From Spirochaetota bacterium (lineage in GTDB: Bacteria > Spirochaetota > UBA4802 > JAFGDQ01), in contig JAZDKB010000009.1 in assembly GCA_043803405.1 (NCBI GenBank), positions 64,001 to 128,000 on the forward strand: a stretch of DNA of 64,000 nt. Direction: 5' to 3'. The number at the start of each line of letters is the position of its first letter. The first letter of the stretch is position 1. The notes beneath the pieces are model-generated. The model saw only the letters and a list, made by a program, of their open reading frames with translations, made no database searches and had not been told where the DNA came from. Below, in pieces: positions 29,678-39,288 of the stretch. The translations under genes and the position numbers were made by a program.

Positions 29678-30664
29678 ATGCAAATTAAAAGCGAATGGGA
29701 ACTCCTTAAAAACATAGAGAGCCTTATAGATAAAAAGGGACTCGTAAAATCAAACGACCTTCTGCAATCAATCGGAGACGACTGCGCTGTCTTTAAAATC
29801 AACGATAATAAACTGGGGCTTATTACTACTGATATCAGCATTGAAGGAGTTCATTTTAAACGTGGCCTTATTCCGTTTAATGATATCGGATATAAAGCCA
29901 TGATGGCAAACATTTCCGATATAACTGCAATGGGAGGTGAACCCAGGTTCGCATTTATTTCTCTGGGCATACCGGAAGGGCTTGGCAAAAAAGACGTACT
30001 CGCTATCTATGACGGGCTTCTTGAAGCCGGCAATTCAGCTGGCTTAATTATCGCGGGCGGGGATACCTCCAAAGCAAAGGAACTCATTTTAAATATTGCT
30101 TTATACGGTGAAACTGCAAAGAAAAATCTGGTTCGAAGGAAAGGAACAAAAACAGGAGATCTGATTTATGTAACCGGGAGCCTTGGAGATTCAATGGCAG
30201 GCCTTGAAATTTTGCTTTCAAGAAACAGAAAACAAGTTAAGAAATACGGCAGTCTTACTGACAAGCATAAAAGACCGACAGCAAGGTTCGCTGTAATTAA
30301 TGAAATATTAAAAAAATTCAAGCCAACATCAATGATCGACATCTCGGACGGATTGCTTTCAGATTTAAGACATATTTGCGAGACTAATAAAGTCGGCTTT
30401 AAACTTTCCGAAGATATGCTTCCGATGTCCAGAGAGTTGAAAGAATACTCTACGGCCTTGGATAAATCATGCTATGATTACGCATTAAATAGCGGCGAAG
30501 AGTACGAGCTTCTGTTCACATCATCGAAAGAGTTATTGCAAGGCATAATAATTAAAGGCATTCCTGTAACACCGATCGGGAGGATCACAGATAACGGTTA
30601 TTATCTTATAAGGAACAATAAACAAATAAAAATTCCAATCACAGGCTATGATCATTTTAAATAA
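29678..30664 (+). CDS. thiL: Thiamine-monophosphate kinase
   Basis: IGDDCAV, EGVHF, NISD..AMGG.P, GGDT, IDISDGL, GEEYELLFT, GYDHF. Confidence 0.95.
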   Translation: MQIKSEWELLKNIESLIDKKGLVKSNDLLQSIGDDCAVFKINDNKLGLITTDISIEGVHFKRGLIPFNDIGYKAMMANISDITAMGGEPRFAFISLGIPEGLGKKDVLAIYDGLLEAGNSAGLIIAGGDTSKAKELILNIALYGETAKKNLVRRKGTKTGDLIYVTGSLGDSMAGLEILLSRNRKQVKKYGSLTDKHKRPTARFAVINEILKKFKPTSMIDISDGLLSDLRHICETNKVGFKLSEDMLPMSRELKEYSTALDKSCYDYALNSGEEYELLFTSSKELLQGIIIKGIPVTPIGRITDNGYYLIRNNKQIKIPITGYDHFK

Positions 30665-30695
30665 TCATTTCTTTAGAATGCAAAGGGTTAAAACA

Positions 30696-31385
30696 ATGAA
30701 ACAATTATCATATTATATTTTATTAATATTTTTATTCTGCTCAAACGCATGTACTTCTTCTGAGTCCATTTCTCAGGGCGAATGGAAATATAAATTATAT
30801 GTTAACGGGATCGATGTCGGAACAGCGACAATATCCAACAAAACTTCCGATGGAAATTTTATTACTTCGCAGGAATACAGTCTTAAGTTTGGAGATATGA
30901 CAACAGTAACAAAAGATACAATTACTGAAACCCTGGACTTTAAACCCGTCAAACTTGAGAACTACACAAAAATCTTAAATTCAGGTAAAGTGCATGAAAC
31001 CAGGATGATATCTGTTTTCAAAGGACGGGATGTCGAGTTGACTTATGATAATAAAAAATATAATTACACCCTTAAAAGAGATTTCATCATTGACGGAAAT
31101 TATTTTATGACGCAGCTGCTTAAAAATAAGTTCAAGCCCGGATTAGAAGCTACGCATTATGTATATAATCCGCAGGTAGAACTGGATACTCCCATCAAGG
31201 CAAGGACAAAGGTAATCGGCAGCGAAAAAATTATGATAAACGGGAAAGAGAATCAATTTATTCATATTGTTCAATCTATTGAAAACATTAAAGATAATAT
31301 TGATCTGTATATTGACGAGAAAGGCATATTGCAAAAAGGCATTATTCACATGCTGAATTTAAAGATAGAGCTTATCAAAATATAA
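30696..31385 (+). CDS. Exported or lipoprotein beta-rich protein of unknown function
   Basis: Signal peptide with Cys; beta-strand pattern like N-terminal domains of transglutaminase-domain proteins. Confidence 0.65.
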   Translation: MKQLSYYILLIFLFCSNACTSSESISQGEWKYKLYVNGIDVGTATISNKTSDGNFITSQEYSLKFGDMTTVTKDTITETLDFKPVKLENYTKILNSGKVHETRMISVFKGRDVELTYDNKKYNYTLKRDFIIDGNYFMTQLLKNKFKPGLEATHYVYNPQVELDTPIKARTKVIGSEKIMINGKENQFIHIVQSIENIKDNIDLYIDEKGILQKGIIHMLNLKIELIKI

Positions 31386-31389
31386 CCGC

Positions 31390-32190
31390 ATGCGGAACAA
31401 AATAAAAAATATATTTATAATATTTATGTGTGCAATGCTTCCGGTTGCGCTTGCCGTCAGCGCAAGAGCAGCATCCGACGCTTCTTTTAATACTGTGCCT
31501 CTTGCCAAATATTCCGACAAAGTGTATTCCGAAAGCGCGTCGAGATTCCGGATACTTTCAGGCGACAGCGAATTTCTTTTCCCTGAAACAAGCACGCAAA
31601 AAATTATCAGCAAAGGCCGCACCAATAATATTTATTCTTTTTTAGTTCTGACAGGGAAATACGACGAAGCAGCTAAACAGAAACCTGGGCCAGCCGCAGA
31701 TTATCTTTCCGGTACAATATTGCTGAATACCGATGATCCTGAAATAACCAGGCTTAAATATTTGTTTAAAAATTCGGGAAAAATAATCGAAGATGTCGAA
31801 AACTACGTTTATAAATTTATTTCAAATAAAATATTCGGCATTCCGATTATCAGCGCTTCTGAGATACTCAGAAATAAAAGCGGCGACTGTACAGAGCATA
31901 CTGTCCTTGCCGTAACGATTCTCAGGTCGCTTGGAGTGCCGGCGCGTGCACTGGTCGGCATGCTGCTTTCGAAAGAGTTCGACGGCAGCAGGAATGTCTT
32001 TGTGTATCACATGTGGGCCGAAGCTTTTGTAAACGGCAGATGGGTGCTTGTGGATGCGGCAAATCCGGGAACAAAATATCCGAACAGATACATTGCGCTC
32101 GCTTATCATCATCTCAAAACCGAGATGCCTCTTTCGTATTTGAAGGCAGTTTCTGCCATGAAAAGCTTTTCTATTGAGTATGCAGAGTAA
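31390..32190 (+). CDS. Exported transglutaminase-like domain protein
   Basis: GDCTEH, LRSLGVPAR, HMWAE, WVLVD (Cys-His-Asp triad); signal peptide ARA/A. Confidence 0.88.
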   Translation: MRNKIKNIFIIFMCAMLPVALAVSARAASDASFNTVPLAKYSDKVYSESASRFRILSGDSEFLFPETSTQKIISKGRTNNIYSFLVLTGKYDEAAKQKPGPAADYLSGTILLNTDDPEITRLKYLFKNSGKIIEDVENYVYKFISNKIFGIPIISASEILRNKSGDCTEHTVLAVTILRSLGVPARALVGMLLSKEFDGSRNVFVYHMWAEAFVNGRWVLVDAANPGTKYPNRYIALAYHHLKTEMPLSYLKAVSAMKSFSIEYAE

Positions 32191-32195
32191 TTATA

Positions 32196-33356
32196 CTACT
32201 TCTTAAAACGTACCGTTATATCCGCAATCTCCGGCCTTGAGGTTGTGCGCACAGGTGGCCCCCATGTCCCGAATCCGGAAGATACATAGAAATGCGTTTT
32301 GCCTTTCAGCTTATACCCCATGCTCAGTTCGAATATCAGTGAAGTAATATAATTGAACGGCCATAGCTGGCCGTGATGCGTGTGCCCGGACAGCTGCAGG
32401 TCAACACCCGCGTCTATAGCTTCATTGAGAGCGAACGGCTGATGATCCATAAGAATGACCGGTAAGCTCCGGTCTATACCCTCGAGTATTTTGTCGAGCG
32501 ATTCCCTCTTGTGGCCGTTAAACTGTGCAGAGCTTCTGTCGTCGCGACCCGCAATATAAAAATCATCGCCGATTTTAACCGCCCTGTCCCTGAGCATTGT
32601 GATATTATGTTCGGAAAGATATTTTACAGCTTTACCGGAACCGCCAATATACTCATGATTGCCTGTAACAGCAAATACGCCATACTTCGACTCGAATTTC
32701 CTCAGGGTTTCGCCCAGGTTGTTCTTAATGACAGGAGCAAGATCTTCGTCAACAATATCGCCTGCAAGCAGAATTAAATCCGGCTTAAGGCTGTTTATTG
32801 TATCAACAAGCCTTTCGAGACGCGAGTTGGATATTATTGTGCCGAGATGTATGTCAGTCGCAAGCGCAATACGAAGAGATTTTAAATCAGGTACGGATTT
32901 CTGTATTGTTATTTCGATTTTATTGAGCTTAGGTATGCAGGCATTAACATATCCTGCTATAACAATAATGATACTGACTCCTGTTACAATTCCAGCGCAA
33001 ATCAGTTTCGATTTTTCGTAATTATCTGTTACAGCAGCCGGGAAGAAACCGATAAAATGATTAAACGCCCTTGCTAAATCAATCAAAAGAATGCTAAAAA
33101 AAAGATAAATCATCAGGCCAAGCCAGAATGAACCGCTCCATATAAAAACTCCGCTGCAATCCGGCATGGAAGATCGTTCAACTATCCTGCCGGCAACATA
33201 CGACAGGCTTAAGAATAAAAAAACGATAACATACAGGGTTCTGAATATGTTATCCCTTGGTATTGCCTGCCAGCCGCGCATAAAAATATAAAAGTTTATC
33301 GATCCGTATATAGTTAAAGCGACTGAGATGAATATTAAAAAGTTATATGATTTCAT
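32196..33356 (-). CDS. Membrane-anchored metallophosphoesterase (YkuE/YaeI-like)
   Basis: N-terminal TMs; TDIH, GDIVD, GNHE, HQP, GHTHHGQ, GPPVR. Confidence 0.9.
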   Translation of the reverse strand: MKSYNFLIFISVALTIYGSINFYIFMRGWQAIPRDNIFRTLYVIVFLFLSLSYVAGRIVERSSMPDCSGVFIWSGSFWLGLMIYLFFSILLIDLARAFNHFIGFFPAAVTDNYEKSKLICAGIVTGVSIIIVIAGYVNACIPKLNKIEITIQKSVPDLKSLRIALATDIHLGTIISNSRLERLVDTINSLKPDLILLAGDIVDEDLAPVIKNNLGETLRKFESKYGVFAVTGNHEYIGGSGKAVKYLSEHNITMLRDRAVKIGDDFYIAGRDDRSSAQFNGHKRESLDKILEGIDRSLPVILMDHQPFALNEAIDAGVDLQLSGHTHHGQLWPFNYITSLIFELSMGYKLKGKTHFYVSSGFGTWGPPVRTTSRPEIADITVRFKK

Positions 33357-33410
33357 ATTCTTTATTAAAACTATTACAGTGTTGTATCGTTTTTAGCAGT
33401 TAATATGGCT

Positions 33411-33539
33411 ATAAATTGAAATACATTATAAAATTTTTGAGGACGCCTTTCAGGCCTGATGCAATAACGCTCAAAAATATTTAAAACGAACGATGAAGGC
33501 CTGATTCCGCAGAAAATTTTATAATGTATTTCAATTTAT
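33411..33539. mobile_element. MITE-like element with 27-bp perfect terminal inverted repeats
   Basis: ATAAATTGAAATACATTATAAAATTTT (33411-33437) and exact reverse complement (33513-33539); internal TCAGGCCT/AGGCCTGA pair. Confidence 0.6.
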
Positions 33540-33564
33540 CAGTAAGCAAAATTTATATTTGAGA

Positions 33565-34182
33565 TTATTTTTTAGGCACGTCAGAGCTTTGCTTCTTAGC
33601 TATCTTTCCCTCGTTGTCTGCCTGGTCAACTTTATACTGCTCCGGCAACGGCTTCCCCGCTACCTTATATGCTCCGAGCGCGTAATTCTTCGCTGTTCTG
33701 CAAACATCGATTATGCTTTTATAATGCTTGGTGGCAAGCGCAGCCTTTGCGTCCTTTATGTTCTGGCTCGAAAGCCTTAAATATTCCACGACCTTTTTAT
33801 CATTAATGAAATCCACCATGTCTTCGCCTACAGCATCGTTTATCTTTTCAGCCCTGTCAATGTATTTCTTCGCGAGGACTTCGTAAAGACCATATTGAAT
33901 TGCAAGATATTTATTATATATTTCTATTGCATCCGTAAACTTTGACTGAATAAACTTTATTTTGCCGAGCTTTATCAGATGCTCCCCTTTGGCAAAATTT
34001 TCAAGATCGGCATTATCCCCGAAATTTTTTACGGATACTTCCAGTCCAAGTATCTCCTTTTCACATCGTTCGCGCAGAGCAGTTGCATCCGAAAGATCGC
34101 TGGAAAAAGCAGGTGCGATGTAAAAAGCAAACATCGCAAGCGACAGCATCAATATTCTGTTTAACTTATAATAATTCAACAT
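33565..34182 (-). CDS. Secreted all-alpha hypothetical protein
   Basis: GAGGT RBS, signal peptide (AFS/S), helical pattern, C-terminal ADN motif; loosely reminiscent of Leptospira surface proteins. Confidence 0.72.
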   Translation of the reverse strand: MLNYYKLNRILMLSLAMFAFYIAPAFSSDLSDATALRERCEKEILGLEVSVKNFGDNADLENFAKGEHLIKLGKIKFIQSKFTDAIEIYNKYLAIQYGLYEVLAKKYIDRAEKINDAVGEDMVDFINDKKVVEYLRLSSQNIKDAKAALATKHYKSIIDVCRTAKNYALGAYKVAGKPLPEQYKVDQADNEGKIAKKQSSDVPKK

Positions 34183-34250
34183 AAGATACCTCGTTATTAT
34201 AATATTCAGGGCTTACTGAAAAGGCGATGCAGGGGGAAAAAATTCTCTTT

Positions 34251-34355
34251 CGGCCCCCTAAATCCCCCTGAAGGGGGACTTTTGGTCTTTTTTGAAGAGT
34301 AAAGCTTTTACTTTTTCCGTTTCTAAGTCCCCCTTCAGGGGGATTTAGGGGGCCG
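34251..34355. repeat. REPIN-like element: two inverted palindromic REP units
   Basis: CGGCCCCCTAAATCCCCCTGAAGGGGGACTT (34251-34281) and perfect reverse complement (34325-34355), 43-nt spacer; degenerate unit near 34457-34484. Confidence 0.85.
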
Positions 34356-34617
34356 GTAGCTTAACAACCTTACTTTTCATACAGCCTCGGGATTTAGACG
34401 CTTATAGCTGCATTTCGTCATTTTAACTTAATGACATTGCCCTAAATACCAGTACGAAGCCTCCCCGTGGGACTAAAGGGGGCCATGTGGCTGAAGTAGC
34501 ACCTGCATACATTTATTACTTTTTTACTAGGCTTACACAAAAATGTGAGTAACAGAAAGCCCTGTTAACTTACATAAATAAGTACACGAGTTACGGCCAA
34601 TGTCAATTATTATATGA

Positions 34618-36306
34618 TCAGCCTTCTTTCTTCTGTATCTTTGCCCATGTGTCGCGCAGCTGTACAGTCCTGTTGAAAACCGGCTTGCCCTGTGAGGAAT
34701 CAGGATCTGCGCAGAAGTATCCCTGCCTTAAAAACTGGAATATCGCGCCGGCTTTTACATTGCCAAGACCAGGTTCAACCTTGCATCCTTTTAATGTCTT
34801 AAGCGAGTCAGGATTAAGATTTGTTTTATAATCCTCATCACCGCTTTCGGGATTCTCTTTTATGAAAAGATGGCTGTAAAGGCGCACCTCTGCGTCAGAT
34901 GCATGTTTTGCGGAAACCCAGTGCAGAGTCCCTTTCACCTTTCGGCTTTCCGACGCCTCCCCGCTTTTGGTAGCAGGGTCATAAGTGCAGTGAAGCTCCA
35001 GAATCCTGCCGGTCTTTTCGTCTTTAACAACGCGTTCGCATTTAATAATGTACGCGTGTTTTAAACGCACTTCTTTGCCTGGCGACAGGCGGAAATATTT
35101 TTTAGAAGGGATCTCCATAAAGTCTTCTTCTTCTATAAACAATTCTCGCGAAAAAGGAATCTTCCTCGTTCCTGTCGAAGGGTCCTCTGGATTATTCTCA
35201 GCTGCGAGCTCCTCAACCTGACCTTCCGGATAATTATCCAGTATTACTTTCACAGGACGAAGCACAGCCATTACGCGCAGGGCGCGCCTGTTCAGATCTT
35301 CGCGCAGGCAGTGCTCAAGCAAAGCGATATCCACAATGCTGTCAGCCTTTGCCACTCCTATGCGGTCGCAAAAATCCCGTATAGCTTCCGGAGTGTAACC
35401 GCGCCTTCGCAGTCCCGATATCGTGGGCATGCGCGGATCGTCCCAGCCTTTAACAAATCCTCCCTTGACAAGCTCAAGGAGCTTGCGCTTGCTCATTACA
35501 GTGTAATTAAGGTTAAGGCGCGCGAATTCTATCTGCTGCGGATGGCGTTTCATTCTTACTTCATCAACAAACCAGTCGTAAAGCGGCCTGTTATTTTCAA
35601 ACTCAAGAGTGCATATCGAATGAGTGATCTCTTCTATGGAATCTGAAAGGCAATGAGTGAAGTCGTACATGGGATATATGCACCATTTATCGCCTGTCCT
35701 GTGATGTTCGGATTTCTGTATGCGGTACATGACAGGATCGCGCATATTGATGTTGCCGGACTTCATATCTATTTTGGCGCGAAGCACATGCTCGCCGTTT
35801 GCGAACTCCCCTGCCTTCATGCGTGTAAACAAATCCAGATTTTCCTTAACAGAGCGGTTGCGGAAAGGGCTCTCTTTGCCGGGCTCCCTGAGCGTGCCGC
35901 GGTACTCCCTCATCTCGTCGGCATTCAGATCGCAAACATAAGCCTTGCCTTCTTTAATAAGCTGCACCGCGTATTCATAAAGCTTGTCGAAATAATCCGA
36001 AGCATAATACAAATGCTTTCCCCAGTCAAAGCCCAGCCATTTTACATCTTCCATAATGGAATCAACATATTCCACATCTTCCTTGCCAGGATTCGTGTCG
36101 TCAAAACGGAGATGGCACCTGCCCTTGTACTTTATAGCAAGGCCGAAATTAAGGCATATAGATTTCGCGTGCCCAATGTGCAGGTAGCCGTTCGGTTCCG
36201 GCGGGAAACGCGTAACAACCTCGGCGTTATTTTTTTTGGCCGCAATATCTGCCTCAATTATATTCTCAATAAAATTGAGCGACCCTGTGGATTCGTTAGT
36301 GTCCAT
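34618..36306 (-). CDS. glnS: Glutamine--tRNA ligase
   Basis: [48 protein letters not shown]; start placed at ATG after GGAG. Confidence 0.96.
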   Translation of the reverse strand: MDTNESTGSLNFIENIIEADIAAKKNNAEVVTRFPPEPNGYLHIGHAKSICLNFGLAIKYKGRCHLRFDDTNPGKEDVEYVDSIMEDVKWLGFDWGKHLYYASDYFDKLYEYAVQLIKEGKAYVCDLNADEMREYRGTLREPGKESPFRNRSVKENLDLFTRMKAGEFANGEHVLRAKIDMKSGNINMRDPVMYRIQKSEHHRTGDKWCIYPMYDFTHCLSDSIEEITHSICTLEFENNRPLYDWFVDEVRMKRHPQQIEFARLNLNYTVMSKRKLLELVKGGFVKGWDDPRMPTISGLRRRGYTPEAIRDFCDRIGVAKADSIVDIALLEHCLREDLNRRALRVMAVLRPVKVILDNYPEGQVEELAAENNPEDPSTGTRKIPFSRELFIEEEDFMEIPSKKYFRLSPGKEVRLKHAYIIKCERVVKDEKTGRILELHCTYDPATKSGEASESRKVKGTLHWVSAKHASDAEVRLYSHLFIKENPESGDEDYKTNLNPDSLKTLKGCKVEPGLGNVKAGAIFQFLRQGYFCADPDSSQGKPVFNRTVQLRDTWAKIQKKEG

Positions 36307-36518
36307 AAAAAGCTCCATTATTATTCTATAATTAAATGTCTTTTCGGTTATCATTGCTTGCAAGAAATTTTTTTTATATAACCTGCAAATTGCTTTAATT
36401 CCGTGTTTTTTTACGAAGATTTAACAAAATTGAATATTATTTATGATATTTACCGGAAATTTTGCATAATTTCAATGTTTTTGCCAGTATTTATGATGTA
36501 AAATACCTTACTGATGCA

Positions 36519-36665
36519 CTCATTGTTCATCTAAACGCGATCATAGTCCTTCCGGACATAATCTCTATCCATCCGGACACGATTATCATCCTTCAGGACA
36601 TAGTCACCGCTTATCCAGCCTGTGTCAGCATCTTTCCGGAAGCAGCCACCAAACATCTAATCTAT
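36519..36665. repeat. Degenerate 21-bp tandem repeat, 7 units
   Basis: In-phase units such as ATCATAGTCCTTCCGGACATA / ATCTCTATCCATCCGGACACG / ATTATCATCCTTCAGGACATA. Confidence 0.75.
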
Positions 36666-36674
36666 GTCTTTAGC

Positions 36675-37328
36675 CTAAAACGCTAAAAGCGCAGCCCTTA
36701 TGAAGCTTGTAATAGGAGCCTGCTCCCTTGCATCTTCCATTGTTTCACGCAGTTCTTTTATTAAGTCATCCGCGTTATTATACACTTTGTTTTCATTGAC
36801 CAGCTTGCCGAGCGTACCCTGTCCAGTATTTATTTTAGCAGTGATTTCCTGAATATTACTTATGGTCTTGTAAAGATTCGGCCTGTTCTCGGCAATCAAA
36901 TCGCTCAGCTCGCTGAACATATCAATAAGTCTTTCGCCTTTCAGATTATTCCTTTCCTTAACAACGGCGTAAGTTCTGCCGTCTTTAAAAGCAATGCCAG
37001 GATCGATACCTACGAACCTTCCGCCAAGCATGGTTTCGGTCCTTACTTTTATTTTGTAGTTTTCATACAATAAAAATTCATGAAACATTTTCAGTTTAAC
37101 AAATACAGTATTGTCCGGAAGCAATTTTATTTCTTCAACAGCACCTGCGACAACGCCGTTCACCTTTACTTTGGACGTGGTATCGAGCCCTTCAATATTC
37201 TGAAAGATTACAGTCATCCTGTAATAATCCCGGGTCTGAAAAATATCGCCGCTCATAATTATGGTAAAATATCCGAGAATGGAAAGCGCGACAAAAAACA
37301 ATATGCCTACAGTAACTTCGTTTTTCAT
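36675..37328 (-). CDS. mlaD: MCE domain protein
   Basis: EVTVG.LF TM; F..IEGL....V...GV..G.V; T.LG..FV.I.PG; GQGTLGKLVN. Confidence 0.88.
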   Translation of the reverse strand: MKNEVTVGILFFVALSILGYFTIIMSGDIFQTRDYYRMTVIFQNIEGLDTTSKVKVNGVVAGAVEEIKLLPDNTVFVKLKMFHEFLLYENYKIKVRTETMLGGRFVGIDPGIAFKDGRTYAVVKERNNLKGERLIDMFSELSDLIAENRPNLYKTISNIQEITAKINTGQGTLGKLVNENKVYNNADDLIKELRETMEDAREQAPITSFIRAALLAF

Positions 37329-37394
37329 TGTAATCATCCTTATGATGCTTAAATGGTGTTAAGGACTTATATATATTATAGCACCTTAACCAGC

Positions 37395-37707
37395 TTCTCA
37401 CCAATACCCCCTCCCGGCCTGCGGCCAGACTACCTCTTGGCAGCTGACAATCTACCTACATTTTTTCTGAAAGATTTGATAGTAAACAAATTAAATAAAA
37501 AATGTACATCTTTGCCTCTAAGTCCCCCTAAATCCCCCTTAGGGGGACTTAAAAAATTAAAAACAATAAAATACATCGAGTTGTTATTTGTTTTTAAACC
37601 CCCCTAAGGGGGGTTTGGGGGGCGGAAGAAGCACTTCGCCCCCTACATTTTTCACCTCTTTCTCCCATTTCCAATAAATGTGGGCCGGGAAGGGGTGTTT
37701 GGGAGAA
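37395..37707. repeat. Nested palindromic insertion between mlaF and mlaD
   Basis: Outer inverted repeat 37395-37419 / 37683-37707 (21 of 25 match); inner REPIN CCCCCTAAATCCCCCTTAGGGGGACTT (37524-37550) with inverted copy at about 37596-37622. Confidence 0.75.
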
Positions 37708-37734
37708 AGTGCTTAGAAGCTTTCTCTCATCTCC

Positions 37735-38481
37735 TCACGCCACTCTTATAGGCCCAGATATCTGCCCTGTAATGAACTGCCTCACAACCGCATTTTCAGT
37801 ATTCCTTATTTTGTCAGGCACATCGCATTGTATAATATCTCCCTGGTAAAGCATTGCGATCCTGTCTGCTATGTAATAGGCGCTCTCCATGTCGTGCGTC
37901 ACAACAATCGAAGTAACTCCGAAATCCTTCTGCATACGCCTGATGAGCGCGTTGATGTGCGCCGACATTACAGGATCAAGCCCGGACGTGGGCTCATCGT
38001 ACAGAATAATATCCGGATTGCCCACAAGCACCCTTGCAAGCGAAGCCCTTTTCTTCATGCCCCCGCTAATGTCAGACGGCATTTTATCAGCCGCGTCCGT
38101 TAACTGAAGTATCTCGAGCCTGTCGTTTGTGATCCTCTCGATCTCGTCCGGAGGATACAGCTTGTTTTCGCGCAATGGAAGCGAAATATTATCCCTTACA
38201 GTCATCCAGTTTATCAATGCGCCGGACTGGAAAACAATGCCCATTCTTTTCCGCAGGGTTTCCTTCACGCTGCTTTTCGCGCCGTTCATTTTTACGCCTT
38301 CTATCAGAACATCCCCGGAATCGGGATCAGTCAGGCCCGAAATATGCCGGAGTGTAACAGTCTTCCCCGTGCCGGACTGGCCTATTATAACAAAAGTTTC
38401 GCCCTTTTTAATTTTAAAGCTTATTCCGTTAAGCACCTTGAAAGTATCAAAACTTTTGTGAACATTTACAAGCTCAATCAT
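37735..38481 (-). CDS. mlaF: MlaF-type ABC transporter ATP-binding protein
   Basis: GQSGTGKT, FQSGAL, ISGGMKKR, YDEPTSGLDP, VTHD. Confidence 0.9.
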   Translation of the reverse strand: MIELVNVHKSFDTFKVLNGISFKIKKGETFVIIGQSGTGKTVTLRHISGLTDPDSGDVLIEGVKMNGAKSSVKETLRKRMGIVFQSGALINWMTVRDNISLPLRENKLYPPDEIERITNDRLEILQLTDAADKMPSDISGGMKKRASLARVLVGNPDIILYDEPTSGLDPVMSAHINALIRRMQKDFGVTSIVVTHDMESAYYIADRIAMLYQGDIIQCDVPDKIRNTENAVVRQFITGQISGPIRVA

Positions 38482-38486
38482 TCCTT

Positions 38487-39272
38487 TTATTTCCCGTAAA
38501 AAAATGCAGTTATAAAATACCCTGTAATAAGAACCATTAAAAAGGAAGCGACAACAGTAGACCTAGTCGCCTTGCCTACTCCCATTGCGCCGTTTGCAGC
38601 TCTCATTCCCTGGGCGCAGCTTATGGCCGCAATTATAATGCCGAATATATTGGATTTCAAAAGCCCCACATAAGTTGCCTTAAACCTGAGAGCCTCTACA
38701 ACGCGGTTGTAATAAACCTCGTAAGGCACTCCAAGCTGGAAATACGAAACAACAGCACCTCCCACAGTACCGAGAGCGATAACGTATATTGTCGAGACCG
38801 GCACCATAACCGCGAGCGCAACCAGTCTCGGCATAACCAGGAAGCGCACAGGGCTGATGGACATCATCTCAAGAGCGTCAATCTCTTCGCTCACTTTCAT
38901 GGTGGCAATCTCCGCGGCCATGGCAGAACCCACCGAAGCAATAATTATAATGCCTGTCATGAGCGGCCCCATCTCCCTTGTCATTGTCGTAATAACAAGA
39001 TCGCCCACATAATTCTGCTGCTGAAAACGCATCAGCTCAATCCCTGTCTGTAAAGCCAGTATCATCCCGACAAAAACCGCAACCAGGGAGCATACAACCA
39101 GGCTCTTTACTCCTGCAATGTACATCTGCTTAAAAATTTCCCTGCGCTTGGTGAACGCGCTTTTGCAGTGATAAAACGCCTTTGCGAGCAATACAATAGT
39201 GAACCCGGACAGCTCAACTATATCCATGAATCTTTTGCCCAGCAAATAAAAAAAGTTCGTTAAATAATTCAT
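38487..39272 (-). CDS. mlaE: MlaE-type ABC permease
   Basis: REMGP, GSAMAAEIATMKVSEEIDAL, LVMPR, GVGKAT..TVV. Confidence 0.92.
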   Translation of the reverse strand: MNYLTNFFYLLGKRFMDIVELSGFTIVLLAKAFYHCKSAFTKRREIFKQMYIAGVKSLVVCSLVAVFVGMILALQTGIELMRFQQQNYVGDLVITTMTREMGPLMTGIIIIASVGSAMAAEIATMKVSEEIDALEMMSISPVRFLVMPRLVALAVMVPVSTIYVIALGTVGGAVVSYFQLGVPYEVYYNRVVEALRFKATYVGLLKSNIFGIIIAAISCAQGMRAANGAMGVGKATRSTVVASFLMVLITGYFITAFFYGK

Positions 39273-39288
39273 AGCATTTTCCGGCAGC

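Noticed and set aside
27890..36306. Co-occurrence of gltX and glnS as unusual
   Set aside because: Both are intact and canonical; GlnRS is widespread in bacteria
35653..36381. 242-aa plus-strand ORF, and similar antisense ORFs over pckG, hdrA and htrA
   Set aside because: Shadow frames fully overlapping well-supported genes; no motifs
36519..36665. Possible CRISPR array or replication iterons
   Set aside because: No repeat-spacer alternation, low unit identity, no rep or dnaA gene nearby
37353..37607. 84-aa ORF between mlaF and mlaD
   Set aside because: Pro-rich translation (SPPKSPLGGL) simply reads through the REP sequence; antisense to the operon
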